Counted from the first letter of the whole stretch, positions 12,651 through 24,521 are shown. The stretch is DNA of 63,529 bases, filler included, from Thraustochytrium aureum (GCA_012862495.1; 5 parts of 4 records of this genome joined end to end with filler, not necessarily neighbours in it); one strand, 5' to 3'. The notes: a model not told the origin generated them from the sequence alone. Program-made: numbers and translations.

Positions 12651-12755
12651 AAGCAGAGCAGACAGACTCTGAACCACTTCGAACGCGCAGGCCGAGAGAA
12701 GAGCGCACGCGTCCAGGCGCACGCGTCGACGAGGCAGCGCAGAGGAAGCGCACGC

Positions 12756-12866
12756 GGGTCGAGGCAAGCGAGGGTCGAGGCAAGCGAGGGTCGAGGCAAG
12801 CGAGGGTCGAGGCAAGCGAGGGTCGAGGCAAGCGAGGGTCGAGGCAAGCGAGGGTCGAGGCAAGCG
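12756..12866. repeat. 16-bp minisatellite (GGGTCGAGGCAAGCGA) x about 7
   Basis: Perfect head-to-tail tandem copies with no spacers. Confidence 0.95.
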
Positions 12867-13202
12867 CGAGGCAGCAGCCATCGGNNNNNNNNNNNNNNNN
12901 NNNNNNNNNNNNNNNNNNNNNNNNNNNNNNNNNNNNNNNNNNNNNNNNNNNNNNNNNNNNNNNNNNNNNNNNNNNNNNNNNNNNNNNNNNNNNNNNNNNN
13001 NNNNNNNNNNNNNNNNNNNNNNNNNNNNNNNNNNNNNNNNNNNNNNNNNNNNNNNNNNNNNNNNNNNNNNNNNNNNNNNNNNNNNNNNNNNNNNNNNNNN
13101 NNNNNNNNNNNNNNNNNNNNNNNNNNNNNNNNNNNNNNNNNNNNNNNNNNNNNNNNNNNNNNNNNNNNNNNNNNNNNNNNNNNNNNNNNNNNNNNNNNNN
13201 NN

Positions 13203-14495
13203 GGCGGCAAGGTGCAGGTTTTTGAGCGGAAAGCCGGCTTGGAGGGCCTCGGCGCGAATGAGTCCACGTGGGCGTTTGCCGCGCTGCTCGACGTCGGCAC
13301 GAGCAGCATTCTGGACATCGCCCTATGTGACGGCCTCTTGGCCGTCGGGGTAGTAAGCAGAGTCAAGCTGTTCGAGAGGAGCGAGAAGGGCTGGGGCAAG
13401 CGCGTCGACTTTGAGGAGATCTCATTCTCTTTGAGGCGATTAACCGCATTCGGGCAAGCCGTGGCCGTCGGCCCGACCCATATCGCGGTTGGCGACCCCG
13501 AAGCCGGCATCGTGTTCGTTTACTTGAGAAGCTTGACCGGAACCTCTACATCTGGAACGACTATCCCAGGACCAGATCAGGAACTCAGAGGGCGAGCGGA
13601 AAACGACGTGTTTGGCCAGTCGCTCTCCATGGACAACACTGCTTTGGTGGTGAGCGCGAGGAAAGGCGCCATTCAGTCGCAAGCCTTTGCATACGAGGTC
13701 GGGTTTGACAACAGAATGCTCTTCAGCACGGTCATTGATCTCGCACCAGCAGATGGCGTCTTCAATGACGATCCCTACGTTGTCAGGCCGGACACCCTCC
13801 CCATCTGGAAGGTTGATGTCGGCGGTGACACTCTGATCGCGGCGTCCTCTGAAGCCGTTTCCGACGTATTATTCCCTGGCCAAACCTTCCAAAACAACGC
13901 CTTGGTTTTTCGGCGTGAATTTGGGTTTTGGAACTCCAATCCAATTGCCACATTTGGTGATCCTTTCTTCTCGGCTGTGGTTTCTGGCAACACGATCCTC
14001 GCAGTGTCTCTGACTTTATCTTCTTCCGTGGACCTCATTCGCATTGAGCAAGGCAAGGGTCGGTTTTTATCGCCAGGTCGCCCCTTAGTGCGGGACAGGG
14101 CTTTGTCGGGCACGGCAGCGGGACCATGGTGTTTTGCGACGTCTCCGAGTGCTTTCCGCTCCCCGAAGCAGCGGCTCCAACGCCCACGACAGTGCCAACC
14201 TCTGTTCCGTCGCTTGTAGCGCCAACGCCGAGCGGCCCGACCGCGACGCCGTCTCCCGCAAACTTTAGCGTGAGCTGGAGCGGTGCGACCTTCGTCACAG
14301 AGGTGCACGAGTCCAACACCTTTAAAGACTATCTTGTGCCACTGATCGCACAAGCAGCTGAGGCCACTCTGCAGGAGGTCTCGATATACGACGTCAGAAG
14401 CGGAAGCGTTGTCGTCAACTACGGTGTCTTTGCGGCTTTGCCGCCCGGCGCGACCGAAGCCTCCCTCGCAACTCGAATCAAGGAACTTGCTCGGG
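13203..14495 (+). CDS. Partial paralog of the kinase-1 ectodomain (FG-GAP-like repeats, PT stalk, SEA-like domain); frameshift near 14050-14120
   Basis: Collinear similarity with kinase 1: AVGPTHIAVG, FGQSLSMD..LVVSAR..AIQSQ, LPIWKVDV..D.LIAASSE, VRSGSVVVNY, ATEASLATRIK. Truncated by a gap and the scaffold end. Confidence 0.75.
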
Positions 14496-14539
14496 NNNNN
14501 NNNNNNNNNNNNNNNNNNNNNNNNNNNNNNNNNNNNNNN

Positions 14540-14551
14540 TTAATTAATTAA
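14540..14551. other. Artificial scaffold linker TTAATTAATTAA
   Basis: Six-frame stop cassette centred in an N block; identical at four sites. Confidence 0.95.
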
Positions 14552-14595
14552 NNNNNNNNNNNNNNNNNNNNNNNNNNNNNNNNNNNNNNNNNNNN

Positions 14596-14745
14596 GTGGC
14601 CACGATCGCCCCGTCGGTGATGGGTCAGCTCATGGACAACTCGGACAAGCTGAAGGGCACCATCGCGAGCGTCGACGAAAAAATCCGCAAAGCCCTGGAC
14701 GCACTTCCCGTCGACGACGAGCTCAAGGGCCAGAGCTGGCCCTAG
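14596..14745 (+). CDS. C-terminal fragment of a protein, weakly DUF302-like
   Basis: Open frame VATIAPSVMGQLMDNSDKLKGTIASVDEKIRKALDALP...WP* from the scaffold start, with GC3-rich codons. Confidence 0.35.
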   Translation: MATIAPSVMGQLMDNSDKLKGTIASVDEKIRKALDALPVDDELKGQSWP

Positions 14746-15126
14746 GCGCGCCGGGTCTGGCCGCCGAGATCGCTATCGGCGCTGTGAATTCGTACCTTTC
14801 CACAACCACTTTCTCACTGTTTTTCACTCCCGTTGACAAGCCCGGATTGCGAGCTGGGCGCCGAGTGCCACTGCGCCTGTGCCGAATGACTGCAAGAGGG
14901 ACAACGCGGGCCAATGTCCGGACGCACGCGTCTCATGGCGCACGTGCCCCTCGCCGGCTCTCCCGCACCCGGGTTTCATGAACGAACGCAACGTCGCGGC
15001 AAGACAAGTAAAGACGAGTTCGCGATAGAAAATCCTTTTTCTTGGCGCCAGCCAGCCAGCTTCGCTGGCCCGCGCCCTATCACACAGTCATTGCTGCAGC
15101 CCGCGCGTCATGCTGGGCCCGCCGTG

Positions 15127-15249
15127 TCACTTTCTCGGACACTTGCAGCGGTCCTCCTGCGGCACGCCAGCGAGCGCGCTCTCGATGTGCATGCCGCAGC
15201 CAGACCAGGTGGCCTTGCCGCACTTGCTGCAGGTCGTCTTGAAGCACAT
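15127..15249 (-). CDS. 40-aa Cys-rich putative metal-binding protein (copy A)
   Basis: MCFKTTCSKCGKATWSGCGMHIESALAGVPQEDRCKCPRK; near-identical paralog at 16286. Confidence 0.8.
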   Translation of the reverse strand: MCFKTTCSKCGKATWSGCGMHIESALAGVPQEDRCKCPRK

Positions 15250-16285
15250 CTTCGCAGGTCCACTCGAGGCTCTTGCTAAGGCTTGATTCGCTCTTGCTTG
15301 TTTGCTCTTGCTCTGTTCTCCTGAGTCGCGTTTGGGGTCTGCTGCCTCGGCAGCGCAAGCCGTGCGCAAGCCGCGCCAGTTCGGCGCGACTCGAGCGGCA
15401 ATTTCACGGCTCCATCTGCCGCGCGCACAACCGCGCAAATGGAGCGCGCTAAACGCCGAGCCAACCTCCGGGAGGGCCATCCGGTGACAAACCTCGTGAA
15501 ACGCGGTCACAACCCCGGGGCAGAATCGCGTCAGCGCCGCGTGAGTTACGCCGTGCTGCGGCGCAAAGTCGCTCGTGGCCACCCCGTCTCGGAGCTCTTC
15601 CTCCCAGTCCAATCCAAGCCAAACAATCCAATCCGCGTCAAGCGAAGCCGGCTCACTTCATGCTGCGCGCGAGCGAGTCTGCGAGGGCTGCGCGGTCTGC
15701 GCCGGCGCGGAGTCCATCGTTCGGAACGGATGTGCAGAGTGCGCTGTGAGCTCGGCCATTTGCCTCGGCGAAGAAAGCACGCAGGACGTGCGCTTGCTCG
15801 GCTGCTCGCCGCGCCGGGGAAATCGCTGACTTGCGGGAGTCTGCTGCGGGGAATTGGCCGCATGCGCGCTCGCTCTNNNNNNNNNNNNNNNNNNNNNNNN
15901 NNNNNNNNNNNNNNNNNNNNNNNNNNNNNNNNNNNNNNNNNNNNNNNNNNNNNNNNNNNNNNNNNNNNNNNNNNNNNNNNNNNNNNNNNNNNNNNNNNNN
16001 NNNNNNNNNNNNNNNNNNNNNNNNNNNNNNNNNNNNNNNNNNNNNNNNNNNNNNNNNNNNNNNNNNNNNNNNNNNNNNNNNNNNNNNNNNNNNNNNNNNN
16101 NNNNNNNNNNNNNNNNNNNNNNNNNNNNNNNNNNNNNNNNNNNNNNNNNNNNNNNNNNNNNNNNNNNNNNNNNNNNNNNNNNNNNNNNNNNNNNNNNNNN
16201 NNNNNNNNNNGGCCGCGGGGTGGACAGTCCCGATTGACAAGGCAGAACAGGTCGTTCATCAAGCAGCGCAAGCAGCCTGTCCAGG

Positions 16286-16540
16286 ATGTGCTACAAAGTG
16301 CAGTGCAGCAAGTGCGGCAAGCCGACGTGGGGCGGGTGCGGAATGCACATCGAGAGCGCGCTCGCAGACGTGCCCAAGGAGGAGAGGTGCAAGTGCGAAC
16401 GAGCGCCGAGCAACGGGTGCTCGGTGTCCTACGCAAGGGCGGATAGGACGTGCCTGGCTGCCCGGTGCTCGACGTGTCCGCGGAGCCAGAGGGTGGCGTG
16501 CGCGAAGACGGCCGCGCTCTGCAGGTGTCAGCGATGTTAG
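16286..16540 (+). CDS. Small Cys-rich putative metal-binding protein (copy B)
   Basis: MCYKVQCSKCGKPTWGGCGMHIESALADVPKEERCKC...; the 3' extension is uncertain. Confidence 0.75.
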   Translation: MCYKVQCSKCGKPTWGGCGMHIESALADVPKEERCKCERAPSNGCSVSYARADRTCLAARCSTCPRSQRVACAKTAALCRCQRC

Positions 16541-16656
16541 CGATGATAGCAAAGCAAAGTGTGCCGCGTTTTGTTTCCCCAGGTATTTCCACAACAAACA
16601 AACAAGCAAAAGATAAAATTCAAACAAACAGAGCCTTGCCATGCACAGCGAAAGGG

Positions 16657-17929
16657 CTAAGCTACGCGACCCACGCGCGCCGATTGCACGTCCGCCTCGG
16701 CAGCCTGCACGAGCCGCTGGCTTCGAGTCGGCCGGCACTCCAAGACATCGACAATGTCCGCCAAACTAGTCGGCCGCGCAGAGCAGCTCTCGCAGTCAGA
16801 CAGCAAGCGCAAGCGCTCCAGGTGCTTGGCAGACGGCGACACAGTATGGAGCTTGGCGCTCGCGTCCTCGAGCGGGTACGGTAGCGTCACGTCGTCTTTG
16901 AGCGAAAGACTCATCACAAACTCGACGTTCTTTTTCCGGCTGTACGCCGGCAGGAATAGGTGAAACGGCAGCACGCCCTCGTCCTCAATCCCACTCCCGT
17001 CCGGATCTGCATCGATGCCGCCCCCCGCACTGCCGCGCCGTCCGCTCGCGTCCGCATGGCCCAAGGGCGGGCGGGGAATCTGTTTGCGCGTTGCTCGGCC
17101 TCGTAGGCCGCCGAGCGAGCGGGGTCTGCCCCCCTCCAGGCGGCGACTCGGGCGGGAGGGGCCCCGCAGCAAGGCTCGACCGTCTTGCTCGGTCCGCGGT
17201 GGTGCGGCGCGCACGCTTGGCTGCGTCAGGTCCGGCAGCTGGGGTCGGCGCCGCGCGATTCGTCGGGCCGCTACCTTTCACTGGCGCCCCGCGCTGCGAC
17301 TCGCTTTCCTCAATCACGAGCAGGAACGCGTTGAGGTCCAGCTCGTCGTCTTCGTTGCTGTGCTTGTTTACCAACTTGCGGAGGTGGCTCATGCCGTCGT
17401 CGAGGCCAACCAGCTTCATGGCGATCGAGATCTCACCAAAGTCGAGTGCGCCGCTTCCGTCCTCGTCGAGGAGCGCGAAAATCTTGCCATACATCTCCTT
17501 TTCCTCGGCTGTCATTTTGGCGTTGGCCTTGCGCCCGTGGGCCCGCATCCACTTGCTAGTGTCGGCTTCGCGGCTCAGGCGCCGCTGCAGCGACAGCCAC
17601 CCCTGCTGCAGGCGGAGGCACTTGCAAGCCTGGCCGTCGCACCCCTTGGTGCACCTGTTGCCGCCCCTGCCCCAGCCTTTGCGCTTGCCGGGCGCGTCTT
17701 GGGGCTCCTTGTCGTGGCTGGCGCGACCCTTGCCTGCTTCGCCTTGCTGTTTTGGCAGGGTTTCGCCGTGCGCGCGGCCCGGCCGAGCTTGCTGCGAAAC
17801 CGCCGCGTCTCCGCTCCGCCGCCTGGGCTCTGCCGACTTGCTCTCGCCCGCCGCGCGCTTGCTCGCCGATGGCACATCGAGTAGGTCAAGAAGGCCCAGA
17901 ATCTCCTTTCGCCGCCCGGCGTCGCCCAT
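16657..17929 (-). CDS. EF-hand (centrin/calmodulin-like lobe) protein; apparent frameshift near 17030-17200
   Basis: EEKEMYGKIFALLDEDGSGALDFGEISIAMKLVG followed by a degenerate second loop (NEDDELDLNAFL); the C-terminal part (LPFHLFLPAYSRKKNVEFVM) is in ORF 16657..17214. Confidence 0.65.
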
Positions 17930-18435
17930 CGCGGCAGGCACGACAAGCTCGCGCGAGCCGCCGCCACAAAAGGAGGAAGCAGGACTGGGCGCGACGGCGA
18001 CGTTGGCAGCGCTGGCGCGTCTGGACTCGCGCACTAGCATGCGCCAAACATGCGCGGCGCACCGCCTCTTCCCCAAACTCGGTCTTCCGTCCCTGGTGGG
18101 CGCGTCCAGCAGGACAACAAACACGAAGAACAGCGCCGTTCCCTCCCCGTCGGAGCTCGTCAAGGTTCAAAGTTGCACGTTTGTACTAGCTCGCGAGTAG
18201 GCCTACAGTGAGGAAAGGAAAAGTGCGACCGCGATGGAATCGTCTCGCAGGAAAGGGTCCGCGCTGCACAAATGTGCGACGGGTAAATTCGCTAATGGGC
18301 TTGCACGTTTGGCTGACGCCGAGGATGGCGCGTTGAGCGCGCAGGCGGACCTGAAGGCTCGCGCGCCAGGGCCGAACGGGTCGCGTGGGCTCTGGCCGGC
18401 TGCGAGTATCATTCATCTATTGTCTCTCCAGGTTG

Positions 18436-18897
18436 ATGCGGCCGCGCGCACGGAGGAGCGCGCGCGGCACGACGACGACCCACCAGCAGAGCGAGGTCGT
18501 GCGCAAACGCGACCTGACGCTGCTATGCCAAGAAGCGGCGCAAGCAAAGACCATCGCGGACAAGCTGCTGAGTGGCGGCAAGGTGAGCGCGCTGGACTGG
18601 GGCAGGTGGGAGCAGACCGGCAAGCGGCGGTCGCGCAACGCAAAGTTGTTTGACACCGGGCCGGGGCCGGGCCACTACGCGGCGCCGCTGCCTGCGCCGC
18701 GGGCCAAAGGCGTGCCGCGCATGGTCCTGCCTGGGACGTTCAACAAGCAATACGTCCGCGACGGCAACTACAAGCGCTTCGGGGAAAGCCGGCCCGCGGA
18801 CTACTCGGCGCTCGGGCGCCAGGCGCTCTCCCAACATACCTCCACATGCCACTTTGACGGAACGCTTGCGTTCAAGTCGGCAGGCAGCGCTGCTTGA
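18436..18897 (+). CDS. SHIPPO/PGP-repeat (ODF3-like) protein, probably 5'-incomplete
   Basis: DTGPGPGHY motif and SALGRQALSQHTS segment typical of axonemal PGP-repeat proteins; pyrimidine-rich CTCTCCAG acceptor-like site just upstream. Confidence 0.45.
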   Translation: MRPRARRSARGTTTTHQQSEVVRKRDLTLLCQEAAQAKTIADKLLSGGKVSALDWGRWEQTGKRRSRNAKLFDTGPGPGHYAAPLPAPRAKGVPRMVLPGTFNKQYVRDGNYKRFGESRPADYSALGRQALSQHTSTCHFDGTLAFKSAGSAA

Positions 18898-19571
18898 TCT
18901 TCAAGTNNNNNNNNNNNNNNNNNNNNNNNNNNNNNNNNNNNNNNNNNNNNNNNNNNNNNNNNNNNNNNNNNNNNNNNNNNNNNNNNNNNNNNNNNNNNNN
19001 NNNNNNNNNNNNNNNNNNNNNNNNNNNNNNNNNNNNNNNNNNNNNNNNNNNNNNNNNNNNNNNNNNNNNNNNNNNNNNNNNNNNNNNNNNNNNNNNNNNN
19101 NNNNNNNNNNNNNNNNNNNNNNNNNNNNNNNNNNNNNNNNNNNNNNNNNNNNNNNNNNNNNNNNNNNNNNNNNNNNNNNNNNNNNNNNNNNNNNNNNNNN
19201 NNNNNNNNNNNNNNNNNNNNNNNNNNNNNNNNNNNNNNNNNNNNNNNNNNNNNNNNNNNNNNNNNNNNNNNNNNNNNNNNNNNNNNNNNNNNNNNNNNNN
19301 NNNNNNNNNNNNNNNNNNNNNNNNNNNNNNNNNNNNNNNNNNNNNNNNNNNNNNNNNNNNNNNNNNNNNNNNNNNNNNNNNNNNNNNNNNNNNNNNNNNN
19401 NNNNNNNNNNNNNNNNNNNNNNNNNNNNNNNNNNNNNNNNNNNNNNNNNNNNNNNNNNNNNNNNNNNNNNNNNNNNNNNNNNNNNNNNNNNNNNNNNNNN
19501 NNNNNNNNNNNNNNNNNNNNNNNNNNNNNNNNNNNNNNNNNNNNNNNNNNNNNNNNNNNNNNNNNNNNNNN

Positions 19572-20486
19572 GTGCGCTTGATCGTTTGTGGGCTCCGTGT
19601 CCTCGCTTTCGCCCTCCTTGCGCTCGCTCTCCTCGCGTGCGGGCCCTGAGGCGGGGAGGCGCACAGGCAGCGCAGCGGGCATTTGCCCGCCATGGCCGGT
19701 GGCCGCCCGGGAGGGGCTCCCTCGTATGGAGACCTGCAGCTCGCCCTGTTTGAAAGGATTCGGCGACTCTCCGGACTCGAGGTCGGCAAACGAGCCGCGC
19801 CTGCTCTTGCGCTCGGCGGGGCTCACTGCAAGTGATGGCGGCAAGGAGGTCGGGGACGTTTCAGAGACGGCCTCAAAGTCGTCGTCATACTCGTACTCCA
19901 CCTCAATCTCGGTCTCCTCAGACTCGGCGCGGTCGTCGGCATTGTCCGCCTGGGCCGCGCTGAATGCGACCAGGCTGCTCGAGCCCTTAGACTCGGAGTC
20001 GCCACCCCCCAAAGCGCCCAGAACAGGGTCCACCGCTTTGCCCCACGTCCTGCGGTTCTTCCCGGACGCGATCTGCGACCCGACGCTCGAGAGGATCGAA
20101 GAGGTGGCTCGCCGAGCGCGCGCCTTGGCCTTGGCGAGCGCGCTGGGCCCTGCGCTGCTGCTCCTGTTGCTCAAGTGCCTGTTTTCGACGTCCAACTCTG
20201 GCGCACTGTCGAGCGAAATCCGCGAGCGGCGAACGGTGCTGCGGGCTTGCGGTCCGGTGCAGCACCCATGCCCCACCGATCCGCACGTGGCGCAGCGGCC
20301 TTCGTCGACGCGTCTGCGCCGGGTGGCGTCCAGTTCCTCATTTGCGCCATTGAAATGCGTCGAGAACCCCCTTTCCAGTTTCTTCTTGCGCCGTTCCTCC
20401 AAGGACAGCCTCTTGTCCTCTTCCAGGCGCCTTTCGCGGTTGCGTTCGGCGAGGCTGCGCAAGTGCCTTTGCGCGTGTCCGCTCAT
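19572..20486 (-). CDS. Partial protein with a KATNIP/KIAA0556-like N-terminal motif
   Basis: LAERNRERR...LERGFSTHFNGANEE resembles the katanin-interacting protein motif (LEQGFSVYVNGAN), followed by an acidic EYEYDDDFE segment; runs into a gap. Confidence 0.4.
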
Positions 20487-20699
20487 CGCGGCGCGCTTGC
20501 TGCTGCGAGGTCGAGTGCGTCAAAACCGTTCGGGACCGGGCCAGCAATCCCTTTTTCGATCGACGATGCGGGGCCGCAGGCCCGCCCCAGCGCCGCCCGC
20601 GCCGCGCCACACCACACGCTTTCACCTTGCCTTCTCGCGCGGTCCTCCTTCGACGGCCGTTCCGTGCCCCGCGTCCTCAACGCGCCGCCTCGTGACCTC

Positions 20700-21180
20700 A
20701 CCTGAGTCCAGCGCGTCCAGCACGTCCACGTCAACAACGCGTCCAGCGCGTCCAAAGTGTCCGTCGCGTCCAGCGGCACGTCCAGCGGCGCGTCCAGCGG
20801 CGCGTCCAGCGCGTCCAGCGAGTACAGCGACACTGGAGGCCGTTTCACGAGCCCTGCTCGTCCAGCCTTCGTCCCACGTCCCGGGCAACCTCCGCACGTG
20901 CTCTGCGTGGCGCGCTCTGCGTGTCGCGCCCTGTGCCCTGCGCGGCGTGCCCTGCGCGGCGTGCCCTGCGCGGCGCGCGTCCGTTGCCCGCGTCCGGTGC
21001 CCTGGCGAGCGAGGAACGCGCCGCGTTGCGACTCTGCTCGTCCCCGGCGTCCTGCAACGTCGCCTGCCGCTGGTGCAGGTCGTGGAGGTCCTGGTGGTCC
21101 TGGTGGTCCCTGGTGGTGGTCGTCGTGGTGGTCCTGGTGGTCGTGGCGGTCGAGCGCGTGGTGCTGCTGCTCGTGCAGTG
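20700..21180. repeat. Low-complexity short tandem repeats
   Basis: CGTCCAGCG(GCG), GTGCCCTGCGCGGC and GGTGGTCCT reiterations. Confidence 0.7.
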
Positions 21181-21348
21181 CGCTGGGCGGGCGCCTTGGG
21201 CAGGCGGGGGAATGAGGAAGGGATCGTGGATGCTCGCTACTCAACCGCCTTGGCGATCGGGGCGTACGTTGGCAGGCGTGAGAGAGAGAGAGAGGAGGGA
21301 GAGANNNNNNNNNNNNNNNNNNNNNNNNNNNNNNNNNNNNNNNNNNNN

Positions 21349-21360
21349 TTAATTAATTAA
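21349..21360. other. Artificial scaffold linker
   Basis: TTAATTAATTAA within Ns. Confidence 0.95.
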
Positions 21361-21910
21361 NNNNNNNNNNNNNNNNNNNNNNNNNNNNNNNNNNNNNNNN
21401 NNNNAAGTGAACGCAACGACGACGTGGGTGGGGCTTTGCTCAGTTTGCTGAGCCCGACGTGCTTGTCTTTCATGGGGAACGGCGAGCATTCCGCGCCGCC
21501 GCCAGCGCAGGATCAAATGTCGGCGCGGGATCGCGCGACTGGCACACCGAGGCGGGACACGGAACGGAACGAGAAAACGAACGCGACCGAATGACAGTAG
21601 CAGCGGTTGTCGTGCTCCTCGCCGGACCGCACATCAGCCTGAGCACGGCCTCCATCCGCGCACCGTCAAATGTACTCTACACAGTGTATCTATCTTGAAG
21701 TGCAAAGGACAGTCCGGCCTTCTTGTTCCAGTCCGCCACGTCGGGGCGCGCAGTCCACGGCAACCGACGGCAACCGAGTCAGAGCCCTTTCGTGCTCGGC
21801 GCGCGAACGAGCAAGCGCGGCACGGCCAAGTCGGCGCGCCTGGCGATCGGCTGTTGCCCTTCAACCGCGTGGCAATCAGGTAGCTCGAAAGCCGTTCGGG
21901 CGGAGCAAGG

Positions 21911-22844
21911 ATGGCTGCTGCAACCCCACTCGCAGGCCTCAAGGTGGTCGAGGTGGCCGGGCTCGCGCCAGCGCCCTTCGCTGGCATGGTCTTGGCAGAC
22001 TTTGGGGCAGATGTGATTCGCGTTGACCGCGTCGAGAAGGACGGGTCGGTGCGCATGACACCAGACACGTTGGCCCGCGGCAAGCGCTCGGTCGCGATCG
22101 ATCTCAAGTCGGCGAAGGCAAGGCGGTGCTGCGCAAGATGCTGGCCAAAGCAGACGTCTTGATCGAGCCGTTCCGGCCGGGCGTCATGGAGAAACTCGGC
22201 CTCGGACCCGACGAGCTCTGCGCCGCCAACCCGCGCCTCATTTACGCCCGAATGACTGGGTTTGGACAGGGCGGCGACCCCGCCGTGGAGCGCGCCGCCG
22301 GGCACGACATCAACTACATCGCAGTCTCGGGAATCCTCTCAGCTCTGCGGCGCGAGGGTGACGTCCCGCAACCCCCGATCAACCTGCTGGGTGACTTTGC
22401 CGGCGGCGGGCTCATGTGCGCGATGGGCGTCCTGCTTGCAGTGATCGAGCGATCCCGCTCCGGGCGCGGCCAAGTTGTGGACGCCGCCATGGTCGACGGC
22501 GCCTCGTACGTCTCCAGCTTTGTTTACCGCGCCGCTGGTATGGGGCAGTGGGAGAACGGGCTCGACTCTGTCGGCACCAACCTGCTCGACGGCGGGGCGC
22601 CTTTCTACGGCGTCTACACGTGCAAGGACGGCCAACACTTTAGCGTCGGGGCGATCGAGCCGCAGTTCTACGCCGCTCTCCTTGCGGGCCTCGGCTTGGA
22701 CGCGAAGCGCGATGGCTTGCCGCGCCAAAACGACCGGTCCTCCTGGCCAGCAATGAAGAAGCGCTTTGTCGACATATTTGCAACCAAGACGCGCGACGAG
22801 TGGGCCGAGATCTTCCGAGGCAAAGACGCCTGCGCGTTTCCCAT
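21911..22844 (+). CDS. AMACR: Alpha-methylacyl-CoA racemase (CoA-transferase family III), partial; frameshift near 22120
   Basis: [101 protein letters not shown]. Confidence 0.92.
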
Positions 22845-23761
22845 NNNNNNNNNNNNNNNNNNNNNNNNNNNNNNNNNNNNNNNNNNNNNNNNNNNNNNNN
22901 NNNNNNNNNNNNNNNNNNNNNNNNNNNNNNNNNNNNNNNNNNNNNNNNNNNNNNNNNNNNNNNNNNNNNNNNNNNNNNNNNNNNNNNNNNNNNNNNNNNN
23001 NNNNNNNNNNNNNNNNNNNNNNNNNNNNNNNNNNNNNNNNNNNNNNNNNNNNNNNNNNNNNNNNNNNNNNNNNNNNNNNNNNNNNNNNNNNNNNNNNNNN
23101 NNNNNNNNNNNNNNNNNNNNNNNNNNNNNNNNNNNNNNNNNNNNNNNNNNNNNNNNNNNNNNNNNNNNNNNNNNNNNNNNNNNNNNNNNNNNNNNNNNNN
23201 NNNNNNNNNNNNNNNNNNNNNNNNNNNNNNNNNNNNNNNNNNNNNNNNNNNNNNNNNNNNNNNNNNNNNNNNNNNNNNNNNNNNNNNNNNNNNNNNNNNN
23301 NNNNNNNNNNNNNNNNNNNNNNNNNNNNNNNNNNNNNNNNNNNNNNNNNNNNNNNNNNNNNNNNNNNNNNNNNNNNNNNNNNNNNNNNNNNNNNNNNNNN
23401 NNNNNNNNNNNNNNNNNNNNNNNNNNNNNNNNNNNNNNNNNNNNNNNNNNNNNNNNNNNNNNNNNNNNNNNNNNNNNNNNNNNNNNNNNNNNNNNNNNNN
23501 NNNNNNNNNNNNNNNNNNNNNNNNNNNNNNNNNNNNNNNNNNNNNNNNNNNNNNNNNNNNNNNNNNNNNNNNNNNNNNNNNNNNNNNNNNNNNNNNNNNN
23601 NNNNNNNNNNNNNNNNNNNNNNNNNNNNNNNNNNNNNNNNNNNNNNNNNNNNNNNNNNNNNNNNNNNNNNNNNNNNNNNNNNNNNNNNNNNNNNNNNNNN
23701 NNNNNNNNNNNNNNNNNNNNNNNNNNNNNNNNNNNNNNNNNNNNNNNNNNNNNNNNNNNNN

Positions 23762-24345
23762 GTCGGCGGCGAAGGATGCGGCGCGGCGCGACCAGACTGG
23801 GGCAGGCCGCGAAAGGCAGTGCGTCTCGGCAGCGGCGGCGCGAGTCAGCCTTGGCCGGGACAAGGAGGACCTCGAACTTGGTCGACGCGCCACGGCCGCT
23901 AAAGGCGGCGGAGCTCGATCATGTCTGCGTTGTGGTGCGGGATGTCGAGCGCAGCGTGGGGTTTTATCGGCGAGTGCTTGGGCTGGAGCTGCAGTTTGAT
24001 GGGGAGGAGCACTTTTGGCCACGGTGCGCGGCGTCGCCAGCGTTCATGGCCAACAACAAAGGCGCCAAAGTGGCGCTACTCCCAGCTGGGCGCGACGGGG
24101 AAGCGCGACTGGCTGCTCGCGCGGCGCTTGGTAGGCTTGGAGATCACTTTGCAGTTCGTGTCAGCCGAGAAGAGTTCCGCTTTGCGCGGGGCAACCTCGG
24201 CCGACTCCTTGCAGCGACTGGCGCACGGGACGCGGTCGAGGCTCATGACTACGGGCATCAGCTGTCCTTGTTCTTCGAAGACCTTGATTGCAACGTGGTG
24301 GAGGTGACGACGTGGGTCTCGCCATCAGACACGGAACGCCTGTGA
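23762..24345 (+). CDS. VOC/glyoxalase superfamily protein
   Basis: LDHVCVVVRDVERSVGFYRRVLGL, DHFAVRV, SLFFEDLDCNVVEV; start uncertain because of the adjacent gap. Confidence 0.85.
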
Positions 24346-24521
24346 AGGCTCGCTCACAGAACAGAACGAGCTCGGGCTGCTTGCGAGCCCTACCCTGAGC
24401 GAGAAACGCGTCAGTATCGGAAAGTAGCTTGCACCTGAGCGCGAAGCTGATCCGTGCGCCCCAGGTTCCAGAAGTTTGAGTCGGTCGTTGCTAGGAGTTA
24501 TTTATAAAAGGGTCACCCTCG

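Noticed and set aside
12756..12866. Possible CRISPR array
   Set aside because: 16-bp units are contiguous with no unique spacers, there are no cas genes, and the context is eukaryotic.
14496..14595. TTAATTAATTAA as a biological motif or piggyBac TTAA site (also 21349, 45119, 60019)
   Set aside because: Identical cassette centred in N padding with stops in all six frames; it is an assembly linker, so neighbourhoods across it are meaningless.
22126..24345. AMACR-glyoxalase fusion suggested by the 739-aa ORF
   Set aside because: The ORF is continuous only through about 900 Ns; most likely two genes.
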